From the IMG/VR virus record IMGVR_UViG_3300032285_001531: a DNA stretch of 64,000 nt, one strand, 5' to 3'. Source of the DNA: a virus. Lineage: Duplodnaviria; Caudoviricetes. Below the pieces are notes generated by a model. That model worked only from the letters and a program-made list of their open reading frames with translations, did no database searches and was not told where the DNA came from. Numbering within the stretch: the first letter of the stretch is position 1; every line of letters begins with the position of its first letter. Position numbers and translations under genes: made by a program. Shown piece by piece: positions 26,627 to 37,800 of the stretch.

Positions 26627-26634
26627 GATAAATA
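26627..26634 (+). promoter_or_regulatory. Late promoter GATAAATA for the baseplate operon
   Basis: Motif match, 22 nt upstream of ATG 26657. Confidence 0.75.
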
Positions 26635-26656
26635 TTATTTAGCAAAGGGTAAAACT

Positions 26657-28267
26657 ATGGCAGCAACACAACAACAAATAAACAGCTTAAAAGTCCAAGA
26701 GAAAGATCAGGCTAGCTATCTAGCGGAAGCTCAACAAATATATGTTGATGATCTTGCTGCATTGTCTGCACGACAGGCTAAGCAAGCACAAGAGGAAGCT
26801 AAATTAGCACAACTTACTCCGGGTACTACTGAATATGCTGCTCAGCAGGCGGCGGTAACAGACGCGGTAAGATCGACCAATCGTGCTGCTAGTAGATTAG
26901 AAAACACAACCGCACCTTTAGTTCAACGAGCCCAAACCGAACTTAACACTACTCAAAGTCAATTGAATTCATTACAAGCAGCACCCGATGGAACACAACC
27001 TATTCCACCTGCAGTTAGCACAACAGAAACTAATCCAACTAATGCTTCAACTAATCCCATTGAAAACGTAGTAGATAATATACAACAAGATGCAGTTACC
27101 ACCCCGTATGAAACACCAATAGTTGACTCTGTTACTGAGATAGAAAGTGTTCCGGCTACAACTGAACCATATACTATTCCGGGTTTACAAGGTGGAGCAA
27201 CTTCTGTACTAACAGGGGCAGATGCACCGGCAACAACTGAACCATATTCAGCAGGACAAACTGGATTCCCAGTTGATGAAACATTAGCAGCAACTCCTGC
27301 TCCAGCAGATGCGTATGTCGTAGGGCAAACTGGTATCCCTATAGATGACAAATACACTAATGCTAACGGTGAAACTATTACCGATCAACAAATGGGAGGC
27401 CCTTCAACTGGTGCAGAAGCTTATACACAGGGACAAGGGGAGAATCGTAATCAAGTTATATTCCCTGCACAAAAGGATTGGCGCTTTAGAATAAGTTTGG
27501 CTCCCGAAGCAAAGTATTTGTACAATGACCCTGCGATTGACAAAGACACTGATATATTAGGACCATTAACATATACACAGGGTGTTGTATTTCCATACTT
27601 ACCGACAATTAGTATGTCGCATGCGGCTAACTATGATGCAACAGATTTAGCACATACTAATTATAAAATTTATCAATACAGAAATAGTAATGTAGGTGAT
27701 ATAAGCATACAAGCAGAGTTCACAGCACAAGATACTAATGAAGCTAACTATCTGTTAGCTACAATGCATTTCTTTAAATGTGTTACTAAAATGTTTTATG
27801 GCAGAGATGAGGATCCTAGAGCAGGTACTCCTCCTCCGCTAGTTTACTTAAGTGGTTACGGAGCATTCCAATTTGATTATCATCCAGTTGCTATTACTAG
27901 CTTTACATATACATTACCAAACGATGTAGATTATATTAGAGCAGGTGTAGTAGGGCAAATGGGTGGGCAAAATTTAGCACCATATAGAAAAGAAAAACAA
28001 CTGCCTACAACAAACGTGGCAAGTTTATTTTCTTCTTTCTTTAGATTAAGTGGTTCAGGATTGCGTCCAGGTGCAAGTTATCCTAGACCCAACTTCACAC
28101 AAACATTAGTTAATGATCCTACATATGTACCAACTAAAATTAGCCTTCAGTTAAATTGTATCCCGATGATATCACGTTACAACATGGCAAACAAATTTAG
28201 TCTACGAGATTACGCAACAGGATCTTTATTAAGAGGATCAAAAACACAAACAGGAGGTATGTGGTAA
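26657..28267 (+). CDS. Baseplate tail-tube cap/initiator (gp48-like C-terminal domain) with a long N-terminal extension
   Basis: GVVFPYLPTI, ISIQAEFTAQ, GTPPPLVYLSGYG and PVAITSFTYTLPNDVDYI fit the tube-initiator fold. Start moved from 26570 to 26657 because of the late promoter. Confidence 0.75.
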   Translation: MAATQQQINSLKVQEKDQASYLAEAQQIYVDDLAALSARQAKQAQEEAKLAQLTPGTTEYAAQQAAVTDAVRSTNRAASRLENTTAPLVQRAQTELNTTQSQLNSLQAAPDGTQPIPPAVSTTETNPTNASTNPIENVVDNIQQDAVTTPYETPIVDSVTEIESVPATTEPYTIPGLQGGATSVLTGADAPATTEPYSAGQTGFPVDETLAATPAPADAYVVGQTGIPIDDKYTNANGETITDQQMGGPSTGAEAYTQGQGENRNQVIFPAQKDWRFRISLAPEAKYLYNDPAIDKDTDILGPLTYTQGVVFPYLPTISMSHAANYDATDLAHTNYKIYQYRNSNVGDISIQAEFTAQDTNEANYLLATMHFFKCVTKMFYGRDEDPRAGTPPPLVYLSGYGAFQFDYHPVAITSFTYTLPNDVDYIRAGVVGQMGGQNLAPYRKEKQLPTTNVASLFSSFFRLSGSGLRPGASYPRPNFTQTLVNDPTYVPTKISLQLNCIPMISRYNMANKFSLRDYATGSLLRGSKTQTGGMW

Positions 28268-28566
28268 TGGCATATGGATCAAATAGCCCGTATTTTTTAA
28301 CGGGATTAGTTAATAATCAATTCTTAGATATAATGGTTGATAGACCATTAAGAAAAAACGCTGATGACATTTATTGGCATATCACTCCTTCCTATAATTT
28401 GCGTCCTGATATGTTAGCGTTTGACTTGTATGGTGATCCTAAATTATGGTGGGTGTTTGCCCAACGAAATCCAAATAAATTAAAAGATCCATTGTTTGAT
28501 TTTGTCACTGGTACAGGTATATACTTACCGCAACAATCTACATTAGTAACAGCATACGGAATATAA
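28267..28566 (+). CDS. Baseplate wedge protein, gp53/LysM-like
   Basis: RPDMLAFDLYGDPKLWWVFAQRN motif; TAATG coupling to the upstream gene. Confidence 0.75.
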   Translation: MAYGSNSPYFLTGLVNNQFLDIMVDRPLRKNADDIYWHITPSYNLRPDMLAFDLYGDPKLWWVFAQRNPNKLKDPLFDFVTGTGIYLPQQSTLVTAYGI

Positions 28567-28567
28567 G

Positions 28568-31174
28568 ATGGATATACCAACCACGTGGCAAGCGATTTAT
28601 GCATTAAATCGTAACATAATAAAAAATCCTGATTTAATATATCCTGGGCAATCATTACAAATGCCAGGTGGTGGTACCTACGGAGTAGTGCAAGGTGATT
28701 ACTTAATTAAGATTGCAGCAGGTAAAGGAGGTGGTGCATATGATCCTCCCATTAATTTACAAGAGAATGCTGAAACTGCAGTAACACCAGTAAGTACTGC
28801 ACCAGCAGACGAGAATGCAGCAAATGACGACCAAGAAGAACCACTTAGAATAGAGATTAGTGGGTATAATAAAATTGATGAGCCACAAGATTATGCATCA
28901 GCCGTTACAAAATCACGCAAAGGAAATATTTTAAATGAGTACTCTAGTTTTACATATCATTTAACTTTGTACATGGTAACTGCAAGTGGATACATATCAT
29001 TTTTAGAATCAGGCGGAACTAAAGTAGGTGAGGGGTTTTATGTGATTGCTGAATCAGGTGGAACCGCATTAAACACTGTACCGGCTAGAGCATTTCCTGA
29101 TCGTGAATTTTTTATTGATGATTTAACATTTAAAACTTTTTGCAACACAAAAGCAACTGCAGGTCCTATTGCTAGTATTAACTTTGAATTTAAAATTACT
29201 GAACCATATGGTTTTAGTTTTACATCTTTACTTAAAGCAAAAGCCGCAGAGATTACTAAAGCTAGTACTATTCCGTATGAGGATCAAAATACTAATCCGA
29301 TGAAACAGTTTTATGTATTAGGAGTTAAGTTTTATGGATATGATGATAACGGTGATCATAAAACATGGAGTACTTTAGAAGCACAAACTGGAAAACAAGT
29401 AACTACTCAAGGTATATCACCAAGTTATTATCCGATATCAATTAATGATTTTTCTTTTAGACTAGATGGTAGAAGTACAACATATACAATTAAAGCAGCA
29501 CCATTATCAATGAAAGAAGCGTTTGGTGTAAAACGTGGACAAATTCAAAATGACTTTCAAGTTACAGGTAAGACAGTAGGTGATGTATTACTTGGCAACA
29601 GTGAATCAGGTGATTCGGGTAAGCCTGGCATTAAGGGCATTATAGAAGTAATGAATCAAAAAGAAAAAGATTTGGTTGCTGAAGGAAAAGCCAAAGTAGC
29701 CAATGTATTTAAAATACAAATTGATGATGATAGTATTTTGAAAGCAGAATTAACTGACACTGCACGTTATGATAAATCTAAAACTGCAATGTTAAATATC
29801 GCTTCTTCTGATGATGTAAGCGGCAAGAATACTAATAATAATTTTAAATATGATCCTAACACTAGAACTATTGCAGTTTCTACTGGTATGTCAATTGTTA
29901 AATTTATTGATAACACAATTCTTACAAGCAATTATATAACTGATGCGTTAAACACGGTGTACTCTGAAAATGCTGTTACAGATTCTACTCCAAATGCGAC
30001 TAAGGGAAAAGAACTTCAGTGGTTTATGATAAACCCAGTCGCTAAACCTTTAGGATATGATCCTATTAGAAAAGATTATTCATATGAAATAACATATTAT
30101 ATAGCACCATATAAATTACCATACGTAAAATCAGTGTTTGTTAATCCAAATTCAAAATCAAAATATCCTGGTCCTTTTAAACGTTTTGATTATTATTTTA
30201 CTGGTAAAAACACGCAAGTTTTAAGTTTTGAATTAAGTTATAACACATTATATTTTTTGCCTGGTAGTGCAGATGCGTCACAGGATTCAAGTAACAAAAA
30301 TGGAACAGGTGACACCCCTATCACACCCGGACAAAAAAACTCTGGAATGGAAAATCAACTTAGTAAAGCGGGTATCCCTGTTGGTAGTGTCAAAACAAGT
30401 ATCTATGCTCCGGGAGATCAACAAATAGCAAAGATGTCTATTTTAGGTGATCCAGATTTTCTTATGACTTCTTTAGGTGTAACTAAGAATGCAACTACTC
30501 CTGATGAGGCTGCATTTGGTCCTAATCAAGGTATAAATCCATTAGGTGGGCAAATCTTTATTGAAATTAATTTTTATGAAGGTGTAGACTATGATGATAG
30601 AACCGGCTTATTAAAAATTAATGATAACATTGAATTCTTCAATTATGATAAGTCAGTCAAAGATGCTATTCAAGGTATCGTTTATATGGTAAATAGTGTG
30701 GAAAGTACATTTAGTAAAGGTAAGTTTACACAAGATTTAAGATTAATTTTATGGAATGAAAGTAATAGTAATACTACAGCTACCGCAACAGACGGTGGTA
30801 GAGAAAACGCAGCGAATAATCAAGGTTTCCCGTTAGCTACAGATCAAGTTGGTGCTACCAATACTACTGGATTTAATGCATCACCTGCACCAAATACACA
30901 AGACACTTCACCGCAGCCAAATGCAGGTCAACAACAGGTAAGCAACACTAATCAATCAGTATTAAATTCAATTCAACCTGTTGGTCAAACAGCCGGACGA
31001 GAATTTGTATCTAACACTAACCAATCTGTCATAACTAGTATAACACAAGTTAACGGACAAGACATTGTAGCAACTACACAAACTACACAAAACACTGTAG
31101 TTGATGATGATTCAATCACAACACAACCTGCATTAAGTTATGCAGGAAATCATTTGGCAGGAAGAGAAACGTAA
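28568..31174 (+). CDS. Baseplate hub protein (gp27/VgrG-N-like) with an N-terminal circularly permuted LysM (868 aa)
   Basis: Lies between the gp53-like and gp5-like genes. ILGDPDFL and Y.V..VES.FSKGKFTQ.L hub motifs. LysM half-motifs occur in reversed order. Confidence 0.65.
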   Translation: MDIPTTWQAIYALNRNIIKNPDLIYPGQSLQMPGGGTYGVVQGDYLIKIAAGKGGGAYDPPINLQENAETAVTPVSTAPADENAANDDQEEPLRIEISGYNKIDEPQDYASAVTKSRKGNILNEYSSFTYHLTLYMVTASGYISFLESGGTKVGEGFYVIAESGGTALNTVPARAFPDREFFIDDLTFKTFCNTKATAGPIASINFEFKITEPYGFSFTSLLKAKAAEITKASTIPYEDQNTNPMKQFYVLGVKFYGYDDNGDHKTWSTLEAQTGKQVTTQGISPSYYPISINDFSFRLDGRSTTYTIKAAPLSMKEAFGVKRGQIQNDFQVTGKTVGDVLLGNSESGDSGKPGIKGIIEVMNQKEKDLVAEGKAKVANVFKIQIDDDSILKAELTDTARYDKSKTAMLNIASSDDVSGKNTNNNFKYDPNTRTIAVSTGMSIVKFIDNTILTSNYITDALNTVYSENAVTDSTPNATKGKELQWFMINPVAKPLGYDPIRKDYSYEITYYIAPYKLPYVKSVFVNPNSKSKYPGPFKRFDYYFTGKNTQVLSFELSYNTLYFLPGSADASQDSSNKNGTGDTPITPGQKNSGMENQLSKAGIPVGSVKTSIYAPGDQQIAKMSILGDPDFLMTSLGVTKNATTPDEAAFGPNQGINPLGGQIFIEINFYEGVDYDDRTGLLKINDNIEFFNYDKSVKDAIQGIVYMVNSVESTFSKGKFTQDLRLILWNESNSNTTATATDGGRENAANNQGFPLATDQVGATNTTGFNASPAPNTQDTSPQPNAGQQQVSNTNQSVLNSIQPVGQTAGREFVSNTNQSVITSITQVNGQDIVATTQTTQNTVVDDDSITTQPALSYAGNHLAGRET

Positions 31175-31184
31175 AAGGTTATAA

Positions 31185-34100
31185 ATGGATAATATTATCA
31201 AAACGTCGGGAACGACTGAACAATTTAAATTAAATTCAGGCGGTTCAATATCATTTCCTTATGCAGTTAGAGGTATTGTTAAGGATAATGTAGATACTAT
31301 ACGTACAGGACGCCTACGTGTATATATAGATGATTTTGGTGCAAGTAATCCTGACGATAGTGATGCATGGGTAACAGTTAGTTATCTTAGCCCTTTCTAT
31401 GGTTCAATACAAAACAATAGCGCAGCCAATCCTTCACAAGATACATCATATGGTGCGTTTGCACAAAACCCACATGCATACGGCTTTTGGGCAACCAGTC
31501 CTGATATAGGTAGTGAAGTCATTTGTATGTTCTTATACGGTAAGAAAGATTTTGGATACTATATAGGATGCATCCCTCAGCCAGGGTTGACTCATATGGT
31601 TCCTGCTATAGGGTCTACTGATAATATTATTGCAAATAATGAAGAAGCCGGTAGCTACGGTGGTGCTAAAAAATTACCAGTTATTGAAATCAATGACAAG
31701 AGTGATAAAATATCCAATGATCCTCAGTTTAATGATCAACCTAGACCAGTTCATACTGTAATAGCAGCACAGTTGTGGCAGCAAGGTTTAGTACGAGATG
31801 ATATAAGAGGAACCATATCTAGTTCATCATCCAGAGAATCTCCTTCTAATGTATTTGGTATGTCAACTCCGGGTAGACCTATCTATTTAGGTGTATCAGG
31901 TGAAAATGATGTTACACAAACTACTAACTTAGAATCATCAACAAACACACAGGCTAAAGTAATCGCTAGACAAGGTGGTCATAGTATCGTTTTAGATGAC
32001 GGTGATATGTTAGGACAAAACAACTTAATGAGATTACGAACTAGCGGAGGTCATCAAATTACAATGAGTGATGATGGGCAAACATTGTTTGTCATTCATG
32101 CTAATGGTCAGAGTTATGTTGAGTTAGGTAAAGAAGGCACAGTTGACATATATGCAACAAACAGTTTTAATGTAAGAACAAAAGGTGATATTAATTTTCA
32201 TGCAGATAATAATATAAATTTAAATGCTAAAAAGAAATTAAACATCTATGCTGAAGAAATTAATATAAACAGTGACAAAAATACAAATGTTCGTGTGGGA
32301 GAAAATTTTTCACAAAATACTTTAGGAGACCATACAGTAAAAGTTGACAAGGGCATGAGTATGCATTCTGTAAGTAAAGCTTCCTATCGTAGTGATGCTG
32401 AGACATATATTAACGGAAGCAGAGTTAACTTAAACACTGGATTTTCAGGACTTGTACCAAAGAAAATTAATCCACTACCTATTGTAACACACACTGATAC
32501 ATTATTTGATAAAACAAAAGGATGGATTCCTGCTCCAGCTGTACTTACAAGCATCACATCACGATCTCCTGCGCATTATCCTTGGGTGAATGCTAACTTA
32601 GGTGTTGATGTTAAAGTTGATGATTCTGCAGACGCAAACTTCCCAACAGGTGCACCTACTAGTGTTAATCGTGCTAATGCTAACACACCTTCAGCACCAC
32701 CTAACACTACAACACCTGCAGTTGCAAGTACTGCTCCTGCAAATAAAGAAGTAAGTCATACAATGGACAAGAATACAACATCTACTATGGTATCACAATC
32801 TGCAGTAAATGCCGGAACTGATCCTACTAAGTCTACAGTAGTTAATGGAACTGGATCAGGAGTAGTAACTGATTTAGATGGAACTAAAAAAGCTATCTTA
32901 GGGAAATTAGCGCACACCCCTGAACAGTTAGAACAAGGTGGATTTATCAAACCCGGGTCTGCTACATTAGTAAATTCATTAGTAGCAGGTAACAAAACAA
33001 TAGATCAGGCAATGCCTACTAATATTTGGACAGGTAAAGATGGAGTTACAACAGTTAATTCGTATGTTAATAATAAAGATGCACAAGTAACTAATCAGGT
33101 TGAGATGTTAAAAATAGGTATTGCAGGACTAAAAGATAAAGGCGTGATAACCGGCAATGAAAGTTCAACGCAGATAGCAGGTGTAGTGAATGCTGCTGCA
33201 ACATTAGGTGTGGTTAACACTATAAATTATATTAATGGAAGTACGAACGGAACAACAAATCAATTACTTACGTCACCTAATGCAACTAAACTTACTGGTG
33301 CAGTAAGTGCTGAAATTGCTTCAGGTAATTTTGCAGCTAACATGGCAGATAAAGTTACTAGTCCTGCAGGATCAATGTTAGGATCAATTAAGTCTACTGC
33401 AACAGGTATTGTTGATTCTGTTAAAGGAGCAGCAGCATCAGTATTTGGATCTATTAAAGAAGGATACACGAAACTAAAGGGCGGTGTACCTCAGAATTTA
33501 ACTAAGTTGAATGCAGAGAATCAGGTTAAAAATGATCCAGCAAATGATCCATATGATCCTGCTAAAGACCCAACATTAACTGACGGACAAAAAGCTGCAG
33601 CAGCAACTCCTGCTAAAAAAGTCACATTAGCTGATGTTGCTGCAGGAGTAAGTGCTGTAAGTTCTATAGTACCTAACACAAATGTAGGAATGTTAGCGGG
33701 TGGTGTTACTGCCATTAGTAACCTAGTTACTAATTCTAAAGATAAAACAATTAACGTCAGTGGTTCTAATGTAGGAAACTCAATAAGCAATACAGTGAGT
33801 AGCATATCAAGTAAAGTTCCTGGTGTGCCTTCAGCACCTCTTTCAATTACCAAAGCTGGGTTATCAGCCGCAGCACTTTCTGGACTTAGTTTATCAGAAT
33901 CAGCAAGTTTAAATAGTGCATTGCAGTCAATATCTTCAGGTGGACCGCAAAGCTTACAGATGCCTACGATTGCTCAAAATACTATTAATAAAGTTGGTTT
34001 AGCAGCACAGACAACTGCATTATTAGGTGATAACAGAATACCTACACCACCTACAGTGAATGGTCAATTTAAAGCACCTCCTGCAGATTTAGTTAAAAGA

Positions 34101-34304
34101 TATGATGAAGCTAAAGCAGAGTTACAAAAGCAAGAAGATTTGCTGTGGGATCTTAAGAAAAAGCTTTATGATGATAAGAAAAAATGGGGTGTTGATAGTG
34201 CAGAAGCATTAGCTGCGGAAGAGCAGGTAAAAGTTTGCAGACAACGTATTGAAGAATTAAAGGCAGAAAAAACAAGTCTAACGAATCAAATGTTAGCAGC
34301 ATAA
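31185..34304 (+). CDS. Central spike protein, gp5/VgrG-like (1,039 aa) with C-terminal extensions
   Basis: OB-fold motif (GIVKDNVD..RTGRLRVYI, PDIGSEVICMF), beta-helix repeats (GHSIVLDD, GHQITMSDD, SYVELG) and a long C-terminal tail. Confidence 0.8.
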   Translation: MDNIIKTSGTTEQFKLNSGGSISFPYAVRGIVKDNVDTIRTGRLRVYIDDFGASNPDDSDAWVTVSYLSPFYGSIQNNSAANPSQDTSYGAFAQNPHAYGFWATSPDIGSEVICMFLYGKKDFGYYIGCIPQPGLTHMVPAIGSTDNIIANNEEAGSYGGAKKLPVIEINDKSDKISNDPQFNDQPRPVHTVIAAQLWQQGLVRDDIRGTISSSSSRESPSNVFGMSTPGRPIYLGVSGENDVTQTTNLESSTNTQAKVIARQGGHSIVLDDGDMLGQNNLMRLRTSGGHQITMSDDGQTLFVIHANGQSYVELGKEGTVDIYATNSFNVRTKGDINFHADNNINLNAKKKLNIYAEEININSDKNTNVRVGENFSQNTLGDHTVKVDKGMSMHSVSKASYRSDAETYINGSRVNLNTGFSGLVPKKINPLPIVTHTDTLFDKTKGWIPAPAVLTSITSRSPAHYPWVNANLGVDVKVDDSADANFPTGAPTSVNRANANTPSAPPNTTTPAVASTAPANKEVSHTMDKNTTSTMVSQSAVNAGTDPTKSTVVNGTGSGVVTDLDGTKKAILGKLAHTPEQLEQGGFIKPGSATLVNSLVAGNKTIDQAMPTNIWTGKDGVTTVNSYVNNKDAQVTNQVEMLKIGIAGLKDKGVITGNESSTQIAGVVNAAATLGVVNTINYINGSTNGTTNQLLTSPNATKLTGAVSAEIASGNFAANMADKVTSPAGSMLGSIKSTATGIVDSVKGAAASVFGSIKEGYTKLKGGVPQNLTKLNAENQVKNDPANDPYDPAKDPTLTDGQKAAAATPAKKVTLADVAAGVSAVSSIVPNTNVGMLAGGVTAISNLVTNSKDKTINVSGSNVGNSISNTVSSISSKVPGVPSAPLSITKAGLSAAALSGLSLSESASLNSALQSISSGGPQSLQMPTIAQNTINKVGLAAQTTALLGDNRIPTPPTVNGQFKAPPADLVKRYDEAKAELQKQEDLLWDLKKKLYDDKKKWGVDSAEALAAEEQVKVCRQRIEELKAEKTSLTNQMLAA

Positions 34305-34317
34305 GTGAGATAAAAAT

Positions 34318-34767
34318 ATGGTAATTTATAGAGGCTTTAGCACATTATTTAATAACAAAGACCGAACAACTAGTGCCCAAGTAGGCACCGGAGGTGGAAC
34401 TGGTACATTAACAAATCCCAGTATTCCTTCTAAAAAGTTCGCAGTCTATGATGATACGTTAGTGATTACTGATTTCATTAACGCATTGAATATCCCGCAA
34501 GGACAGAAACCGGGCAATCCTGCATACGGAACACTAATTTGGACTTTTGTTTTTGATCCAAATCTTCCCGAGGTTCAAGTACAAATTGAAAATGAAATAC
34601 GCAGAGTAGCTAGTTTGGATCCTAGAATAATTATCAATACTGTTACCGTATACCCGTATCAAAATGGTATCTTAATTGAAGTAGAAATGGCGGTTTCCCC
34701 GACAAATCGTGTTACTACTTTGCAGGTTAATTTTGATAGAAGTACCAATACTGCGTCAATACAATAA
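34318..34767 (+). CDS. gp25: Baseplate wedge/sheath initiator, gp25-like (149 aa)
   Basis: GQKPGNPAYGT..FDP and EIRRVASLDPRI motifs; sits between the gp5-like and gp6-like genes. Confidence 0.85.
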   Translation: MVIYRGFSTLFNNKDRTTSAQVGTGGGTGTLTNPSIPSKKFAVYDDTLVITDFINALNIPQGQKPGNPAYGTLIWTFVFDPNLPEVQVQIENEIRRVASLDPRIIINTVTVYPYQNGILIEVEMAVSPTNRVTTLQVNFDRSTNTASIQ

Positions 34768-34793
34768 CTTCAAAAACACTAGTTTTTGGATTT

Positions 34794-34801
34794 GATAAAT
34801 A
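34794..34801 (+). promoter_or_regulatory. Late promoter GATAAATA
   Basis: Motif match upstream of the gp6-like gene. Confidence 0.75.
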
Positions 34802-34819
34802 TTATAAAGAGAACAAACT

Positions 34820-37800
34820 ATGGCCACAAGTTCAAGACAATCTACTATTTTTGGTGTGAATGACTGGAAGGCAATATATAAGACCTACAGTCAGGCTAAC
34901 TTTCAAAGCTACGACTACGAAACCTTAAGAAAAAGTTTCGTAGATTATCTACGCACCTACTACCCTGAGACATTTAACGACTATATTGAAAGCAGTGAAT
35001 TTGTTGCACTGTTAGATGTAATCGCATTTATGGGGCAATCCGTTTCTTTCCGTGATGATTTGAATACACGTGAAAACTTTATTGATACCGCAGAACGTAG
35101 AGATAGTGTAATTAAACTAGCAAATTTAGTTAATTACAATCCAAAAAGAAACAGTTCAGGTCAAGGTTATTTAAAAATTAGTAGTATTGCAACTACAGAA
35201 AACGTAAGCGACATTAACGGATTCAATTTAGCAGGTATTCCTATTCTATGGAATGATCCTGCTAATCCCAATTGGCAAGAGCAGTTTAATTCAATTCTAA
35301 ATGCAGCATTAATTAGTTCACAAAAAGTTGGCCGTCCAGGTAACTCAGCATTTATTGGTCCAATTAAAACTGACGAATATTCAATTAAGATTCCAAACAC
35401 AGTAAGTCCAACTATTCCATTTACTGCAACAGTGGGTGGTGTAGCTATGAATTTTGAATGCGTTAATGTTACTAGTATTAATGAATCTTATTTGTATGAG
35501 TTGCCCCCTAAACCAGAGGGCAAGTTCAACATATTATATCGCAATGACAAATTAGGATTCGGAAGTCCAAACAACGGATTCTTCTTATATTTTAAACAAG
35601 GTTCATTGGTTCCTTACGAGTTTACATTGAACCAACAAATATCAAATCAAGTTGTTCCTATTGGGGAAATTCAAGGTGTAAACGAAACTGATACTTGGTT
35701 GTATAAAATTGATCCAGTGTCAAATGAATTAACACAATGGCAACAAGTTGATAATCTTTTTGCTAACACATATCTACGAACAGAGAATTCACGTAAGAGT
35801 GTGTTCAGTGTCAAATCACGTTTCAATGACCAAGTAAGTTATATATTTGGTGATGGTGTGTTTAGTGAGATTCCAGTTGGAACATTTAGAAGTTATGTAC
35901 GTTCAAGCAATGCACTACAATATACTATTGATCCGTTTGAGATTCAAGGAACAACATTATCATTTAGTTATATTAGTAGAGTAAACAGAGTAGAAACATT
36001 AACAATTACAGTTGAGTTAACATCTCCTGTAAATAATGCTCAAAGCCGTGAATCAATTGCAGATATTAAACTCAAAGCACCAGTACAATATTACTCACAG
36101 AATCGTATGGTTAATGGGGAAGATTATAATAACTTCCCATATTCATTATACAATTCTATTATTAAAACTAAAGCATTAAATCGTACATCAATTGGTGTGT
36201 CACGTAACTTTGATTTACTTGATCCAACAGGGAAGTATAGTAGTACTACAAGTTTTTCTGACGATGGTGCTTTATATCTAAAAGACAATGATGAATTCTA
36301 TGACTTTGTATTGAGTGAAAGCACCGGACAAACGTTAAGAATTATATCAAACAATCTGTTAAAAATTCTTAGTGATAGAAATTTATACCAATATTATGTA
36401 TTAACAGCTACAAGATACTATCCAACAGTAGCAAGTGGTGATGGCGTAGTTTCTTGGCATTTAACTAGTTACAACGGTTCGACTGTTACAGGTTATTTTG
36501 AAGCATATGGTTTACCAATATCAGTATCTACATATAATTCATACAATATGAAATATGTAGGTACTAGCTCATTAGTAAGATTCATTGCACCTAGTGGATA
36601 TTATTTTAAAAATAATAGATTAGTTTCAGGTATTCCTCCGTCAGCTGCCAATACTTACATGTGGGTAAATGTATTAAATGTAGTTGAAGATGGATTTAAC
36701 GGTGGTGTTGGTAATTTATACAATGGGTTAGGACCTATTAGTTTAAGTAAGAATGTACCAAATGGTGCAATTGTAGATTGCATAATACCGATGTTGCAAA
36801 ACACATTGCCTACATCAATATTCCAAAACATTACTGATTATCTTAACAACGGACAAAGTTTTTCTTTGTATTATGTAAACAACTTACCTGTAACTATTAA
36901 TCGTTGGTTTGTTGGTGCATTTGATAGAACTGATGCATATGTATATTTTGAAAGTTTAGGAGACTTCAGATATAGAATCACAAATAAAGCAATTTCATAC
37001 TATTTTGGTAGTGTAAAGAACACTCGTTTCTCATTTGACTCTGAGAAAATCATTTTTGATCCGTTATCAGGTACTATCGCATATGATTCTGTTACTGCAT
37101 TAAAAACTAATACCGCACCGAACACAACTAATAGCATTGGAGTAGATACTTTATTAAACATTGTTGGTCAAACCATTGAAGCAGATGGTTACCCAGATGA
37201 TTATGCTATTGAAGTTAGTAGTCAAGATGCTGCTAATAATGAATTAATTGATGACCCTGACTTCTTTGATAAAATTACTGGGTATCAATACGGCGACACA
37301 AATAGTTCATATTTTGTATTTGTAGAAACTACAAATGATATTAATAATTTAACGGCTCATAACATTACAGAACCAAATGCAGTAGTGTATGCATATGGAA
37401 GTTTAAGCGAAATAGAAAATGTAAAGTATGAATATCCAGTTTATCAAATATTTTACGCTTACCTAGAAAATAAATTTTATAAAATTTATCCTGATGCAAC
37501 TACCGATACTATAGTATATGTGAATTCAATTGATAATTATATTGCGTATCCTGGTAAACAACAGATTCAATTTCAATATAAACATTTAAGTAATAATACT
37601 ACTAGAATTGATCCAAGCACAACTAATATTATTGATTTGTATATCGTTACTTTAGGATATTACACAAATTATACTAACTGGTTAAAAGACTTGACTGGAA
37701 CTGTTATAGAACCTACTAGACCTACAGTGGAAGAACTATCACAGTCATATAGTAAGATAAATGATTATAAGATGCTTACTGATAGTGTAGTATTAAATTC

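Noticed and set aside
26570-26656. Upstream start of the gp48-like ORF (also the upstream starts at 28261, 58664 and 60678)
   Set aside because: A late promoter at 26627 or stop/start coupling indicates the downstream ATGs (26657, 28267, 58709, 60684).
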